From the NCBI GenBank assembly GCA_963737065.1, contig CAVTRC010000001.1, positions 896,001 through 960,000 on the forward strand: DNA of 64,000 nucleotides, in the 5' to 3' direction. The stretch is from Candidatus Eremiobacteria bacterium. Lineage in GTDB: Bacteria > Vulcanimicrobiota > Vulcanimicrobiia > Vulcanimicrobiales > Vulcanimicrobiaceae. Of the stretch, positions 9,245 to 19,212 are shown in pieces. Every line of letters starts with the position of its first letter. Positions within the stretch are counted from its first letter, which is position 1. The notes under the pieces were generated by a model. It did not search any database. It was not told where the DNA came from and saw only the letters and a list, made by a program, of their open reading frames with translations. A program made the translations under genes and the position numbers.

Positions 9245-10918
9245 ATGAAATTTCAGTTTGTCTCGCGCCTCGTCGCGGCAGTGGTTGCAGCGTCGTTTCT
9301 CGCCGCATGCAGCGGTAATGGCGGGTCTACGCCCAACGTTCCGCCGCCCACGCCCGGCCCCGCGAATCCGGCACTCGGATTCACCGGCCTCGGCGACAGC
9401 CTTACCGCGGGAGAACAATCCGGCGGTGTGTTCGGCGGGTTTGCGCCCGCGGGCACGCCGTCGGTTCCCGATCCGCTTTGCGTTCTTCCCGACTGCGCAT
9501 GGGCGGCGACCGGCATCGGCGTTCCGCCGACGCAAGAAAACGGCTTTTGGTCGCAGATCTGGATGCAAATAAACGGCGCGACGCAAGCGCAATATATTCA
9601 GATCGCTAGCCCGGGTTCGAGCGTATTGCCGCTGATTGCGGGGCCGGGCCTCGGTAATCAAATCGTACCGGCTAGCCCGTCTATTACAAAAGGCCCTCCG
9701 TTTGCAACGTTGCCGGGCCGTAGCAGTTGCGACGCGTTCAATCAGGCCGCGTACTCACCGAAAACCGTTGCATCGACCGTCCGCGAAAATCCGACGACGA
9801 TGGCGCACGACCTCGGCATTCCGGGCATGACGCTTCACGAAGCGATCGCGATGAATCAACCACCGTCGCCGACCTGCGTGCCGTTTCCCGGTGCACCGCC
9901 CACACTTACCGGCTTGCAAGCGCTATTGAGCGAAAGCGGCTCGTACTATCCGGTGCTCACCGGCTTTCCGTTCTCCACGTCGCTGACGCCGTTGAATGCC
10001 GCGGTCTCGTTACGTCCGACACTTACCACGGTGTGGCTCGGTGCGAATGACGTTCTGCACTACGCGTTTAGCGGCGGCGCATTCACAGCGGTTGACGGAG
10101 TCAACGGAAATTCGGCACAAGTGCAGCAAGACATGACGACGATCATCACGACGCTGCAAAAAGCAAAGGCAAACGTCGTCGTTGCCAATCTTCCCGACGT
10201 ATTGGGCACCGCTTTTTACATGAGCGTCGCTCCGTTGCCGAGCGCTGCCTCATGTGCCGCGGGTGGACCTGGGTCGGTTCAGACATTCCTTGCATGCGTG
10301 CTCGTCGAAGCCGGGATTCCGTACGCGAACGCTGACGCGATTCGCGCACAAGTCGCGGCGGCGTACGCGTTGAACCCCGGAAGCGGCAATTCGGCGATCA
10401 ACGGCGGCTACGGGTATGTCACTCTCGCCGGAACCACCACGATCCTCACCGCGATAGGTGCCGGGACCCAACCGAACCTCGATCCCAACGGCAAAGGCTC
10501 CGGACTTGGATCACAGTACGTCACGCCTGCGCTCGCGGCAAACATTCAGACGCTCAACACGACACTCAACACCGGCATTGATGCCGCGGTCAAAGCAACG
10601 GGCGTTGGATTCGTCGACGTTCACAGGCTCTTTACCGACGTTGCGTCGGGTTGCGCCGGCGGTTGCGCGAGCGATCCGCTTGCGCTCCAAGCACTAACGC
10701 TCAATCCCGGCAAGTGCTGCACGCTCGCGTTCGGTGGAGGCCTCCTTAGTTTTGATGGCATTCATCCTTCGAATACGGGATACGCGTTTATAGCTCAGGC
10801 GTTCATTCAAGCGATCGACTCGAAGTACGCGCAGAACATTCCGGCTTTGAACATCCTGGCACAATACTCCGGAAGCGGTGGAACAATTCCGTATCCCGAT
10901 CCGTACGCACAGCACTAG
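9245..10918 (+). CDS. SGNH/GDSL-family hydrolase lipoprotein
   Basis: Lipobox FLAAC; GLGDSLTAG (block I), WLGANDV (block III), FDGIHPS (block V). Confidence 0.85.
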   Translation: MKFQFVSRLVAAVVAASFLAACSGNGGSTPNVPPPTPGPANPALGFTGLGDSLTAGEQSGGVFGGFAPAGTPSVPDPLCVLPDCAWAATGIGVPPTQENGFWSQIWMQINGATQAQYIQIASPGSSVLPLIAGPGLGNQIVPASPSITKGPPFATLPGRSSCDAFNQAAYSPKTVASTVRENPTTMAHDLGIPGMTLHEAIAMNQPPSPTCVPFPGAPPTLTGLQALLSESGSYYPVLTGFPFSTSLTPLNAAVSLRPTLTTVWLGANDVLHYAFSGGAFTAVDGVNGNSAQVQQDMTTIITTLQKAKANVVVANLPDVLGTAFYMSVAPLPSAASCAAGGPGSVQTFLACVLVEAGIPYANADAIRAQVAAAYALNPGSGNSAINGGYGYVTLAGTTTILTAIGAGTQPNLDPNGKGSGLGSQYVTPALAANIQTLNTTLNTGIDAAVKATGVGFVDVHRLFTDVASGCAGGCASDPLALQALTLNPGKCCTLAFGGGLLSFDGIHPSNTGYAFIAQAFIQAIDSKYAQNIPALNILAQYSGSGGTIPYPDPYAQH

Positions 10919-10927
10919 TCCGCGAAC

Positions 10928-11227
10928 ATGAGCGAAGGCAAGATCGATCCGTACACGTTGGCGCGCGATACGTCGCTTCGAGTGTTCGATATCCGCAAAG
11001 CGCCCGACGATCAGCAGATTCCCGGATCGGAACGCTACGACGGCCGGCGTCTGGAATCGGGCGACGTGCCCTTTGACGAAGATGAGCGCGTCGTATTGTA
11101 TTGCGGCAGCGGCAACTCGTGCAGCCGCATTGCGACGGAGCTGCGCGAGCGAGGCTATGATGCGGTCGCGCTCGACGGTGGATATAAAGCGTGGAAAGAT
11201 GCCGGGCTACCGACGGAACGGCGTTAG
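10928..11227 (+). CDS. Single-domain rhodanese-like protein
   Basis: FDIR...IPGS, VVLYCGSG active-site loop, LDGGYKAWKDAGLP. Confidence 0.85.
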   Translation: MSEGKIDPYTLARDTSLRVFDIRKAPDDQQIPGSERYDGRRLESGDVPFDEDERVVLYCGSGNSCSRIATELRERGYDAVALDGGYKAWKDAGLPTERR

Positions 11228-11245
11228 TCCACCAATCGCGCCGTT

Positions 11246-12739
11246 CTAGGTGTTTTCCGCGAGCGCGATCTCCATGCCCCGGCCGCTGATGACCCGAACT
11301 GCAATTGCGAGAGCGAGCGCCGCAATTCCGGCGTAGGCAACGAGTCCGCCGATCAAACCGGCGCTGAGGTTGTGAAATACGATCGCACCCAGCGCCGCAC
11401 CGCCTACCGCGATTGCGGCCGCGACATACGTAATGAGCGTACGTACGATCAAACCCGGTCCGCGCTGATCGGCTTTCGCCGGTGAAATTGCATAGCCGAG
11501 CATCGCAATCATCCGAAGTCCCGCGGGCACCGTAATCGCGAAAGCCGTACCGACGACGAAGATCGACGGTTGACGCAACAGCAATGAAGCCGTGAGGCAT
11601 CCCGTGACAATTACAAACAGGATCGGCAAGACAGCCGCCGCGATGCACGCGCAGAGATGCGAGAACAGCGAGCCGTCAACCATCCACCAGATCGGCTTTG
11701 AGAGATCCTTCGCCAAGCTCACGCTGCTAAGCATCGTTATGCCGATGACGGCGACCAGCACGAAACTAGCCCCGACGGACGCGACGTGGGGGTGGTGCAC
11801 TACCAAGAACGCCTCGATCGCGCCGAGCGCGGGCCCCAGCACGACGAGCCACACGCCGATGGTTCGTCCGTTGCCGCGGCGCAAATACGCCAGTTGTTTC
11901 CAGATTTCGACGTACGGTCCGCGCAAAAAGCTGCGCCGTGCCGACTTCGATGCACGATTGCGGACGCCGTGACGGGCACCTAGCCGCTCGCGCAGCGATT
12001 CCAGCTTTGCGGCGCGTTCGTAGAGTTCCGGAAAGAAGTCGCGCACGAACGCGCTGCACGCGAGTGCGGCCAGGATCGCGGCGCATAGCGACACCGTAAC
12101 CGTCGCATCGCCGCTCCAGACACGGATGAAGAACAACGAGTACGCGCGGACGCTGTCCGGCGCGACAAAAGCGAGCGCGATTAAGATCACGCCGGCAACG
12201 GCGATCGCGCGGCTAAGCACGCGCGCGGTCGTCCGTGACCGGCGCGCGAGCACATAGGCCGGAATCGCGACGACATCGATAAGCAAAAGAATTGCGGTGA
12301 AATTGATGACGGTGAACGATTGCGGATTGCGCCCGAGATTCACCAACAGAACGCAGACCACCACCACACCGGTCGTAAATTGCTTCGCGATCGAGCCAAG
12401 GTACAGCCAAAGAAAGATGAGCCGTTCGTCGATGTTGGTACGTTCGAGCATCATTGCGCCGGCCGCCGACGTCGTGACCGGCGGCATGCCGAGCTTTACA
12501 ATCGAGAATACGCGCAGGCCGACGAAGAGCAGAATCGCTCCGGCGATGACTGCGGCCAGCTGCTGCGTCAGGAGCGGAAAGAAGTAGGCGTGCGTGCGGC
12601 TTCGCGTCCACATGGTGAAGGTGAACCAGCATAAAAACAACAGCCATGACGTCAGCCGCGACGGCTTTTGGAAGATCCTTCGTATGGTGTTGCGCAGCCG
12701 GAATGTCTCAAGCACAATGAGCGCGCGCGCGCCGCTCAT
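11246..12739 (-). CDS. Putative ABC exporter membrane subunit
   Basis: Many hydrophobic TM segments; overlaps the ABC ATPase stop by 4 nt. Confidence 0.7.
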   Translation of the reverse strand: MSGARALIVLETFRLRNTIRRIFQKPSRLTSWLLFLCWFTFTMWTRSRTHAYFFPLLTQQLAAVIAGAILLFVGLRVFSIVKLGMPPVTTSAAGAMMLERTNIDERLIFLWLYLGSIAKQFTTGVVVVCVLLVNLGRNPQSFTVINFTAILLLIDVVAIPAYVLARRSRTTARVLSRAIAVAGVILIALAFVAPDSVRAYSLFFIRVWSGDATVTVSLCAAILAALACSAFVRDFFPELYERAAKLESLRERLGARHGVRNRASKSARRSFLRGPYVEIWKQLAYLRRGNGRTIGVWLVVLGPALGAIEAFLVVHHPHVASVGASFVLVAVIGITMLSSVSLAKDLSKPIWWMVDGSLFSHLCACIAAAVLPILFVIVTGCLTASLLLRQPSIFVVGTAFAITVPAGLRMIAMLGYAISPAKADQRGPGLIVRTLITYVAAAIAVGGAALGAIVFHNLSAGLIGGLVAYAGIAALALAIAVRVISGRGMEIALAENT

Positions 12740-13431
12740 GCAGTCACCCGCAAAAATGCACGTTCGAGGTCGCCGTCTTCGCCGGAGAAGGCCTCGATTG
12801 CGCCCTCATAGATCTTGCGGCCTCGCTTCATCACGAGCGCGCGGTCGCTCATGGTACGCGCTGCATCGAGCATGTGCGTGCTGATGACGATCGATATGCC
12901 CTCCGCGCGCAACTCCGCAATGAGATCGCGAAGTTCGTGTTGTCCCGCCGGATCGAGCCCAACCATCGGCTCGTCGAGCATCAGCGCGGGCGGATCGACG
13001 AGCAGCGTCGTCGCAATGAGCGTCTTTTGGCGCATGCCCTTCGAGAGCGAAATTCCGGTCTTGTCGCGCTCGTCCCATAGGTTGAAACGGCGCAGCAGCG
13101 CTTGCGCGCGTTCTTCCCAGCCCGCAGCGAGGTTGCATCCGGCAGCAATAAACGCGAGATGCTCCCATATTGTGAGCAGGTCGTACACTTCGGGTGTTTC
13201 GGGAATGATCGCGATCGTTCGACCGCGGCGCGCGCCGAGCTCACGTCCGTTCCACTCGACGGACCCGGCGTCGGGACGAACGAGACCTGCGACGCAAAGC
13301 AACGTCGTACTTTTTCCGGCACCGTTGGGCCCGAGCAGCGCCAGCGACTCACCGGGGTGCACCTCGAACGAGAGATCGTCAACTGCGACAGTAGAGCCGA
13401 AACGTTTGGTCAGATTGCAAATACGCAGCAC
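12736..13431 (-). CDS. ABC transporter ATP-binding protein
   Basis: GPNGAGKS, LSKGMRQK signature, LMLDEP, ISTH. Confidence 0.93.
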   Translation of the reverse strand: MLRICNLTKRFGSTVAVDDLSFEVHPGESLALLGPNGAGKSTTLLCVAGLVRPDAGSVEWNGRELGARRGRTIAIIPETPEVYDLLTIWEHLAFIAAGCNLAAGWEERAQALLRRFNLWDERDKTGISLSKGMRQKTLIATTLLVDPPALMLDEPMVGLDPAGQHELRDLIAELRAEGISIVISTHMLDAARTMSDRALVMKRGRKIYEGAIEAFSGEDGDLERAFLRVTA

Positions 13432-13520
13432 TCGAACAATATTCGCTGCGGCGTTTCGCCGAAACTGCGGCGCCCGAGGTAGCCCCGCGCGCCTGCCAAA
13501 CGGGTCGCTTTGCCTAAGAC

Positions 13521-14780
13521 TTACGCATAGATGCCGCGGAGTTTCAGCGCCTTCACGACGCGGTCGATCGCGAGCGCGTACGCTGCCGTGCGGAACGAGG
13601 CGTTCCGCGCATTTTTGATCGTACGCAGTTCGTGCAGATTGCTGAGCAGCACGTCTTCGAGGCGCTCGTTAACTTCCGACTCCTTCCAAAAATAGCCCAT
13701 GCGGTCCTGAGCCCACTCGAAATACGACACCGTCACACCGCCGGCGTTCGCCATGATGTCGGGAATCACTACGATGCCGTTCTGTTTGAAAATATGGTCT
13801 GCTTCCGGTGTCGTCGGCCCGTTTGCGCCCTCGACGATGAGCTTCGCCTTGACCTTGGATGCATTCTCGTGCGTGAAAACCTTCTCGAGTGCGGCAGGTA
13901 CGAGCACGTCGCAGGCGGTTGTCAGCAGTTCCGCGTTGCTGATCTTGTCGCCCCCTTTGAAACCTTCGAGGTTGCGATTCTTTTGCGCGTGCTCGATCGC
14001 ACTAAAGACGTCGATGCCTCTGTCGTTGTAGTACGCGCCTGTTACATCAGAGATACCGACGACCTTACAGCCGCGTTCTGCGAACAACTTCGCGGCGTGC
14101 AAGCCCACATTTCCGAATCCTTGAATCACGATGCGCGCCTGCTCGGGCACCATTCGCATCTCGTTCATTTCGTCGAGCGCGCAGATCGTTACACCGCGTC
14201 CCGTCGCTTCAACGCGCCCGCGCGATCCGCCGATTTCAAGCGGCTTGCCCGTGACGACGCCCGGTATGTTTTGACGAACATGCATCGAGTATGTATCCAT
14301 GAACCACGCCATGACTTGCGGGGTCGTGTTGACGTCGGGCGCGGGCACGTCTTTATCCGGCCCGACCACTTCGACGAGTTCCGCTGCGTACCGGCGCGTG
14401 ATGCGTTCGAGTTCGTTTGCCGAGAGCGTGCTCGGGTCGCACGTGACTCCGCCTTTACCGCCGCCGAACGGAAGATCGACCACCGCGCATTTCCATGTCA
14501 TCCAAAACGCGAGCGCGGTAACTTCGTCGAGCGTTACCCCGGGATGATAACGTATGCCGCCCTTCGCGGGACCGCGCGCGAAGTTGTACTGAACGCGGTA
14601 TCCCGTGTACACTTCGAACTCGCCGCTATCGCGCTGAAACGGAATCGAGAAAATAATTTGACGCGAAGGATGTGTCAGGATACGGCGCATCCCGGCATCG
14701 AGTTCGAGCAGGTCGGCGGCCTCGTTAAAATAGGCAATCCCGTCTCCGAAAACCGAGACTTCGCGCACAGCAGTCGTCAT
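13521..14780 (-). CDS. gdhA: Glu/Leu/Phe/Val dehydrogenase (glutamate dehydrogenase)
   Basis: GPAKGGIRY, PFGGGKGG, DVPAPDV, QGFGNVG, EGANGP, NAGGVTVSYFEW. Confidence 0.93.
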   Translation of the reverse strand: MTTAVREVSVFGDGIAYFNEAADLLELDAGMRRILTHPSRQIIFSIPFQRDSGEFEVYTGYRVQYNFARGPAKGGIRYHPGVTLDEVTALAFWMTWKCAVVDLPFGGGKGGVTCDPSTLSANELERITRRYAAELVEVVGPDKDVPAPDVNTTPQVMAWFMDTYSMHVRQNIPGVVTGKPLEIGGSRGRVEATGRGVTICALDEMNEMRMVPEQARIVIQGFGNVGLHAAKLFAERGCKVVGISDVTGAYYNDRGIDVFSAIEHAQKNRNLEGFKGGDKISNAELLTTACDVLVPAALEKVFTHENASKVKAKLIVEGANGPTTPEADHIFKQNGIVVIPDIMANAGGVTVSYFEWAQDRMGYFWKESEVNERLEDVLLSNLHELRTIKNARNASFRTAAYALAIDRVVKALKLRGIYA

Positions 14781-14936
14781 AGAATGATTTCAGTCCTCCG
14801 GGCGGAGTTCAAACCCTTGAAACTTGGGGATTTCTCGCGCAAACCCTGGCCTGAAAAGTCGCAAAATCCTGAGTTGGCGAGCCAAGCGGCCTGCTATGGC
14901 ACGCGTTTGACGAAACGAACCGGCGCCGACGACGCT

Positions 14937-16031
14937 TCAAACGTTGAAGCGGAAATTTACGACATCGCCTTCTTGCATGACGTACTCCTTGCCTTCGCTC
15001 CGCAGTTTACCCGCGGTACGAAGCGCATCCATCGTCTTGTATTCGACGTAGTCGTCGTACGATACGATCTCGGCACGAATGAACCCGCGCTCGATGTCCG
15101 TGTGAATCTTTCCGGCAGCGTGCGGCGCTTTCGTGCCTTTTTCAATCGTCCACGCACGAACTTCTTTTTCGCCGGCCGTGAGGAATGTCATGAGGCCGAG
15201 CAGGTCGTATGCGCTGAGCGCGAGTTCATCAAGTCCGCTGCGGCTTATTCCGAGTTCCGTGCAGAATTCGCGTGCCTCTTCCGCAGTAAGCCCGGCAAGT
15301 TCCGACTCGATCTTTCCAGACAATACGACGACGGGGCTGTTCTCGCGCGCGGCGACTTCACGAACAACCGTAACGAGCGGGCCCGGATTTCCGATTTGCT
15401 CCTCATCGACGTTCGCAACGTAGAGCAACGGCTTTGCGGTCAGCAAAAACGATTCGCGCGCGGCTTCCGCTTCAAGGGAGTCACGAGCAAACGAACGCGC
15501 CGGTTTGCCTTCTTCGAGCGCGGCGATCACGTTGTTCGCTGCCTCCACGTTCGAGCGTAGCTTCGGATTCGCGCGCGCTTCGCGTTCGAGTTTGTCGAGG
15601 CGCTTCTTCATCGTAGCGAGGTCGGCAAGCGCGAGTTCGATGGAAATGATTTCGATGTCACGCCGCGGTTCGGGCGCTCCTTCGACGTGCGTGACATTGC
15701 TGTCTTCAAAACAGCGAACTACCATCGCAATCGCATCGGTCTCGCGGATGTGGCTCAGAAACGCATTGCCGAGTCCTTGACCTGTGCTTGCCCCGCGAAC
15801 CAAGCCCGCAATATCCACGAAGCGGACGGTCGCCGGAACGATCCGCTGGCCGTTTACCAAGGCTTGAAGCACGTGCAAACGGTCGTCCGGGATCGCGACC
15901 TCGCCAACGTTCGGCTCAATCGTTGCGAAGGGATAGTTTGCTGCGAGCGCTTGCGCTGACCGCGTGAGCGCGTTGAAAATGGTGGACTTGCCGACGTTCG
16001 GCAAGCCGACGATACCGCACGATAAAGCCAT
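14937..16031 (-). CDS. ychF: Redox-regulated ribosome-binding ATPase YchF
   Basis: GIVGLPNVGKSTIFNALT, NYPFATIEPN, DIAGLVRGA, TGS end GDVVNFRFNV; start taken at ATG 16031. Confidence 0.96.
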   Translation of the reverse strand: MALSCGIVGLPNVGKSTIFNALTRSAQALAANYPFATIEPNVGEVAIPDDRLHVLQALVNGQRIVPATVRFVDIAGLVRGASTGQGLGNAFLSHIRETDAIAMVVRCFEDSNVTHVEGAPEPRRDIEIISIELALADLATMKKRLDKLEREARANPKLRSNVEAANNVIAALEEGKPARSFARDSLEAEAARESFLLTAKPLLYVANVDEEQIGNPGPLVTVVREVAARENSPVVVLSGKIESELAGLTAEEAREFCTELGISRSGLDELALSAYDLLGLMTFLTAGEKEVRAWTIEKGTKAPHAAGKIHTDIERGFIRAEIVSYDDYVEYKTMDALRTAGKLRSEGKEYVMQEGDVVNFRFNV

Positions 16032-16108
16032 GGTGAACGGGCCTCGGTTCGGCGGACGGCGGCGGCGACCTGGCAAGAGAAACCGTTGAGCGCGTCGGAT
16101 AGGACTGC

Positions 16109-16585
16109 ATGCGTCAAATGAAGGTCGACAAACTCGGCATCGACCTCTTAACCCACGATCCCGTTGTGATCCTCAAGGACATGGATGGCTCGCACTATCT
16201 TCCGATTCTGATCGGCCCGTTCGAAGCGACGGCGATCGCGCTCGCGCTCGAGGGCGCTCCCGTCCCCCGCCCGCTCTCGCACGATCTCATGCGGAATATC
16301 CTCGAGTCGCTCGACACGTCGCTCGAACAAGTCATCATTCACGACATCAAAGACTCGACGTTCTTCGCAAAACTGATCCTACGGACCGACGGCGACTTAC
16401 AAGAAATCGACGCACGCCCCTCCGATGGCATCGCGCTCGCGCTGCGAATGCAAGCGCCGATCTACGTTTCGGACAAAATTGTCCTCGAAGAATCCACACA
16501 AGAAAAGAAAGCCGTCGACGACACCGAGATCGCCCGCTTCAAGAAATTCCTTGACGACTTAAAACCGAGCGATTTCAATAGGTAG
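16109..16585 (+). CDS. Bifunctional nuclease family protein (DUF151)
   Basis: LPILIGPFEATAIA, PRPLSHDL, IDARPSDGIALALR. Confidence 0.92.
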   Translation: MRQMKVDKLGIDLLTHDPVVILKDMDGSHYLPILIGPFEATAIALALEGAPVPRPLSHDLMRNILESLDTSLEQVIIHDIKDSTFFAKLILRTDGDLQEIDARPSDGIALALRMQAPIYVSDKIVLEESTQEKKAVDDTEIARFKKFLDDLKPSDFNR

Positions 16586-16740
16586 CGCCCCGCGCATGAG
16601 GCTTCGTTTCAGACCGGAAACGATCGTTGCACGCGGTCAATCTTATTTCAAGTGATGTCCGATTCAGCAATGCACGCGCAAACGTCGCGATCAACGATGA
16701 TTTCCGGCGCGTAAGCGTGCAGCGTTGCGGAACTGTGGCG

Positions 16741-18363
16741 CTAAATTTCCCACTCCCAGGCGTTGTACCACGGGGTGGACGTCGGATTGACTTTGTAGTT
16801 TTTTAAATCGGGATTGCGAACGATGATGCGCCGAAGTTCCGAGATCGGCATGTATGCCGCGGTTTCCCACAAGATCTTGTCCGCTTTCGCATAAAGCGGT
16901 GCCCGAACAGCGGGATCATCGCTCTGCAAGCCTTGCGCTTCAAGGCGGTCGTACTCCGGGTTGCAGTAGCGATAGAAGTTCTGTCCTTTCGGATACCACT
17001 GATCGCAGCCGTAGTACACGTGCGAGTCCGGATCCCATGAGAGCGCCGTTCCGTAGATTGCCATATCATACTTGTATGTATCGAGCGGGCCGCTGAAGTC
17101 GAAGATTTGGTTGTACGGATAGCCCTTGATGTGAATCGCGAAGCCCGCCTGCGAGAGCATCTGCTGCATGAGCACGGCCATCCGATTCAAAAGCGCGGAA
17201 CCGGCGATTGTGGCAATCGTGTACTCCAGACGCGCACCGTTTTTCGAGCGTACCCCGTCGCTTCCGCGCCTCCACCCGTCGGCATCGAGTATGGCGTTGG
17301 CCTTGCGAAGATCGAACGGCACCGGATCTTGCTCCGTATATCCGATAGCGGTCGGCGCGATCACGTCTAGCGGCACGTCGCCGACACCCGGCGCAACGTG
17401 ATCGATCAAGCTTTGGCGATCGCTCGCATAGAGAATCGCCTTTCGAACGGTCTCGTCGCTCAGTCCCGGCCTTCCGGTGTTCCAAACAATGACGATTTGG
17501 CCGTTCCATGGCGCCGTGTAGACGGCTTCGTCGGGAATGGACTTGTATTGCCGCATTAGCGGCGGCGTAGGCGAATAAATCATGTCGATCTGATGCGTGC
17601 GCGCTTGCGTCATCATGGTCTGGACGTCGGGCACGAACGTCAACTCGATTCGCTGCAGCTTCGGGCGCCCGCGGAAATAATCGCCGTTGGCAACGAACGT
17701 CATCCGTTCACCGTGTTTCCATTCCTTTAGCTTGAATGGGCCCGTACCCACCGGCACCGACTCAAGCGATCCGTGATTGAAGTCGCGCTCGCGGTCCAGA
17801 ATGTGCGCGGGCAATATTGGTTTGCCGCCTTCCTGAAGCGGCGCAAAGAATTGCGACACAAACGCAGGATACCGCGCCTTCAAATGAACGACCGCCGTAT
17901 ACTGGTCCGGCGTGGAAATCGATACGATTTGATCGTAGCCTTGACGAAAGATCGTGAGATTGCGCGGATTGACAACCGCCTCCCACGATGCGAAGACATC
18001 GTGCGAGGTAAACGGCATGCCGTCATGCCAGCGAACGCCGTGGCGCAGGTGATATGTATACGTGCGGCCGTCCTTCGATATGCCGCCGTTCGCTAGCGAC
18101 GGAACATCGGTCGCGAGATCACCGATAAGCCGTCCGCGATCGTCCGCAACGACGAGATACGAATACACGAGGGAAGAAACGCCGTACGCGATGTCCATTT
18201 CGGAAAGGTACGGATTCAGGTGATCCGGCTCGGCAAGATCGGCAACGCGCAACACGTGCGGGATCGTCCATTGATGTCGCTGTCCGGCGCGCGTTTCCGT
18301 AACGCGCGTACACGCGCTCAGGAAAAGGGCGACCATGCAAACAGCCGCCGATACTCGTCGCAT
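16741..18363 (-). CDS. Peptide/nickel ABC substrate-binding lipoprotein (family 5)
   Basis: Lipobox FLSAC; TYHLRHGVRWHDG, VGTGPFKL; no cognate permeases adjacent. Confidence 0.88.
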   Translation of the reverse strand: MRRVSAAVCMVALFLSACTRVTETRAGQRHQWTIPHVLRVADLAEPDHLNPYLSEMDIAYGVSSLVYSYLVVADDRGRLIGDLATDVPSLANGGISKDGRTYTYHLRHGVRWHDGMPFTSHDVFASWEAVVNPRNLTIFRQGYDQIVSISTPDQYTAVVHLKARYPAFVSQFFAPLQEGGKPILPAHILDRERDFNHGSLESVPVGTGPFKLKEWKHGERMTFVANGDYFRGRPKLQRIELTFVPDVQTMMTQARTHQIDMIYSPTPPLMRQYKSIPDEAVYTAPWNGQIVIVWNTGRPGLSDETVRKAILYASDRQSLIDHVAPGVGDVPLDVIAPTAIGYTEQDPVPFDLRKANAILDADGWRRGSDGVRSKNGARLEYTIATIAGSALLNRMAVLMQQMLSQAGFAIHIKGYPYNQIFDFSGPLDTYKYDMAIYGTALSWDPDSHVYYGCDQWYPKGQNFYRYCNPEYDRLEAQGLQSDDPAVRAPLYAKADKILWETAAYMPISELRRIIVRNPDLKNYKVNPTSTPWYNAWEWEI

Positions 18364-18371
18364 AGATCGCC

Positions 18372-18401
18372 CTTCGAGGGGACCCGTCGCATACCTCGAA
18401 T
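18372..18401. promoter_or_regulatory. Palindromic bidirectional promoter candidate (AGGN-N17-GAA on both strands)
   Basis: Inverted TTCGAGG/CCTCGAA at 18373-18400 between divergent starts at 18363 and 18413. Confidence 0.5.
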
Positions 18402-18412
18402 GCCGCCCCGCT

Positions 18413-19210
18413 ATGGAAAATGCGGAACGCGCCGACATCGGGGTCTTTGGAGGCTCAGGATTTTATTCGCTCATCGAAAACGCACGTGAAGTGTGGATCG
18501 AAACGCCGTACGGCACGCCGAGCGATCGCATTGCGCTCGGCGAGATCGCAGGGAAGCGCGTCGCGTTTCTTCCGCGTCACGGCAAGGATCATCGCTTTCC
18601 GCCCCAATCTATTAACTATCGCGCGAACCTTTGGGCGATGAAGTCGCTTGGCGTAAAGTTCATCATCGCGCCCAATGCTTGCGGCTCGCTAAAAAAGGAA
18701 GTGAAGCCGGGCTCGATGGTCGTGTGCGACCAGCTCGTCGACCGCACGTCGGGGCGCAAAGACACGTTCTTCGATGGACCGGTCACGACGCACGTCAGCT
18801 TCGCCGACCCGTACTGTCCGACGCTGCGACCAATCGCGATCGAAGCGCTGAAGTCGCTCGGCATTGAAACCCACGAGCACGGCACGGTGGTCGTCATTCA
18901 GGGGCCGCGCTTCTCGACGCGTTCGGAATCGAAGTGGTTTCAAAGCCAAGGCTGGGAAGTAATCAACATGACGCAGTATCCGGAATCGTATCTCGCGCGC
19001 GAACTCGAAATCTGCTTCGTCAACATCTCGCTGATCACCGACTACGACGTCGGAATCGAAGGCATTCCGCCGGTATCTCATCATGACGTCATGGAAGTGT
19101 TCGCGAAGAACAACGAACGCGTGAAGAGTGCGATCGGAACGATCGTCGCAACCATCGACATCAACGCTGATTGTTCATGTCACCACGCGCTGCAGGGAGC
19201 GCGCGCATAG
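18413..19210 (+). CDS. mtnP: S-methyl-5'-thioadenosine phosphorylase
   Basis: GVFGGSG, FLPRHGKDH, NYRANLWA, QGPRFSTRSE, INMT, ITDYD. Confidence 0.93.
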   Translation: MENAERADIGVFGGSGFYSLIENAREVWIETPYGTPSDRIALGEIAGKRVAFLPRHGKDHRFPPQSINYRANLWAMKSLGVKFIIAPNACGSLKKEVKPGSMVVCDQLVDRTSGRKDTFFDGPVTTHVSFADPYCPTLRPIAIEALKSLGIETHEHGTVVVIQGPRFSTRSESKWFQSQGWEVINMTQYPESYLARELEICFVNISLITDYDVGIEGIPPVSHHDVMEVFAKNNERVKSAIGTIVATIDINADCSCHHALQGARA

Positions 19211-19212
19211 CC

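Noticed and set aside
13632..15560. 642-aa plus-strand ORF
   Set aside because: Antisense shadow of gdhA and ychF, typical of GC-rich codon bias
16586..16740. 155-bp convergent intergenic gap
   Set aside because: No convincing ORF, tRNA, repeat or terminator visible
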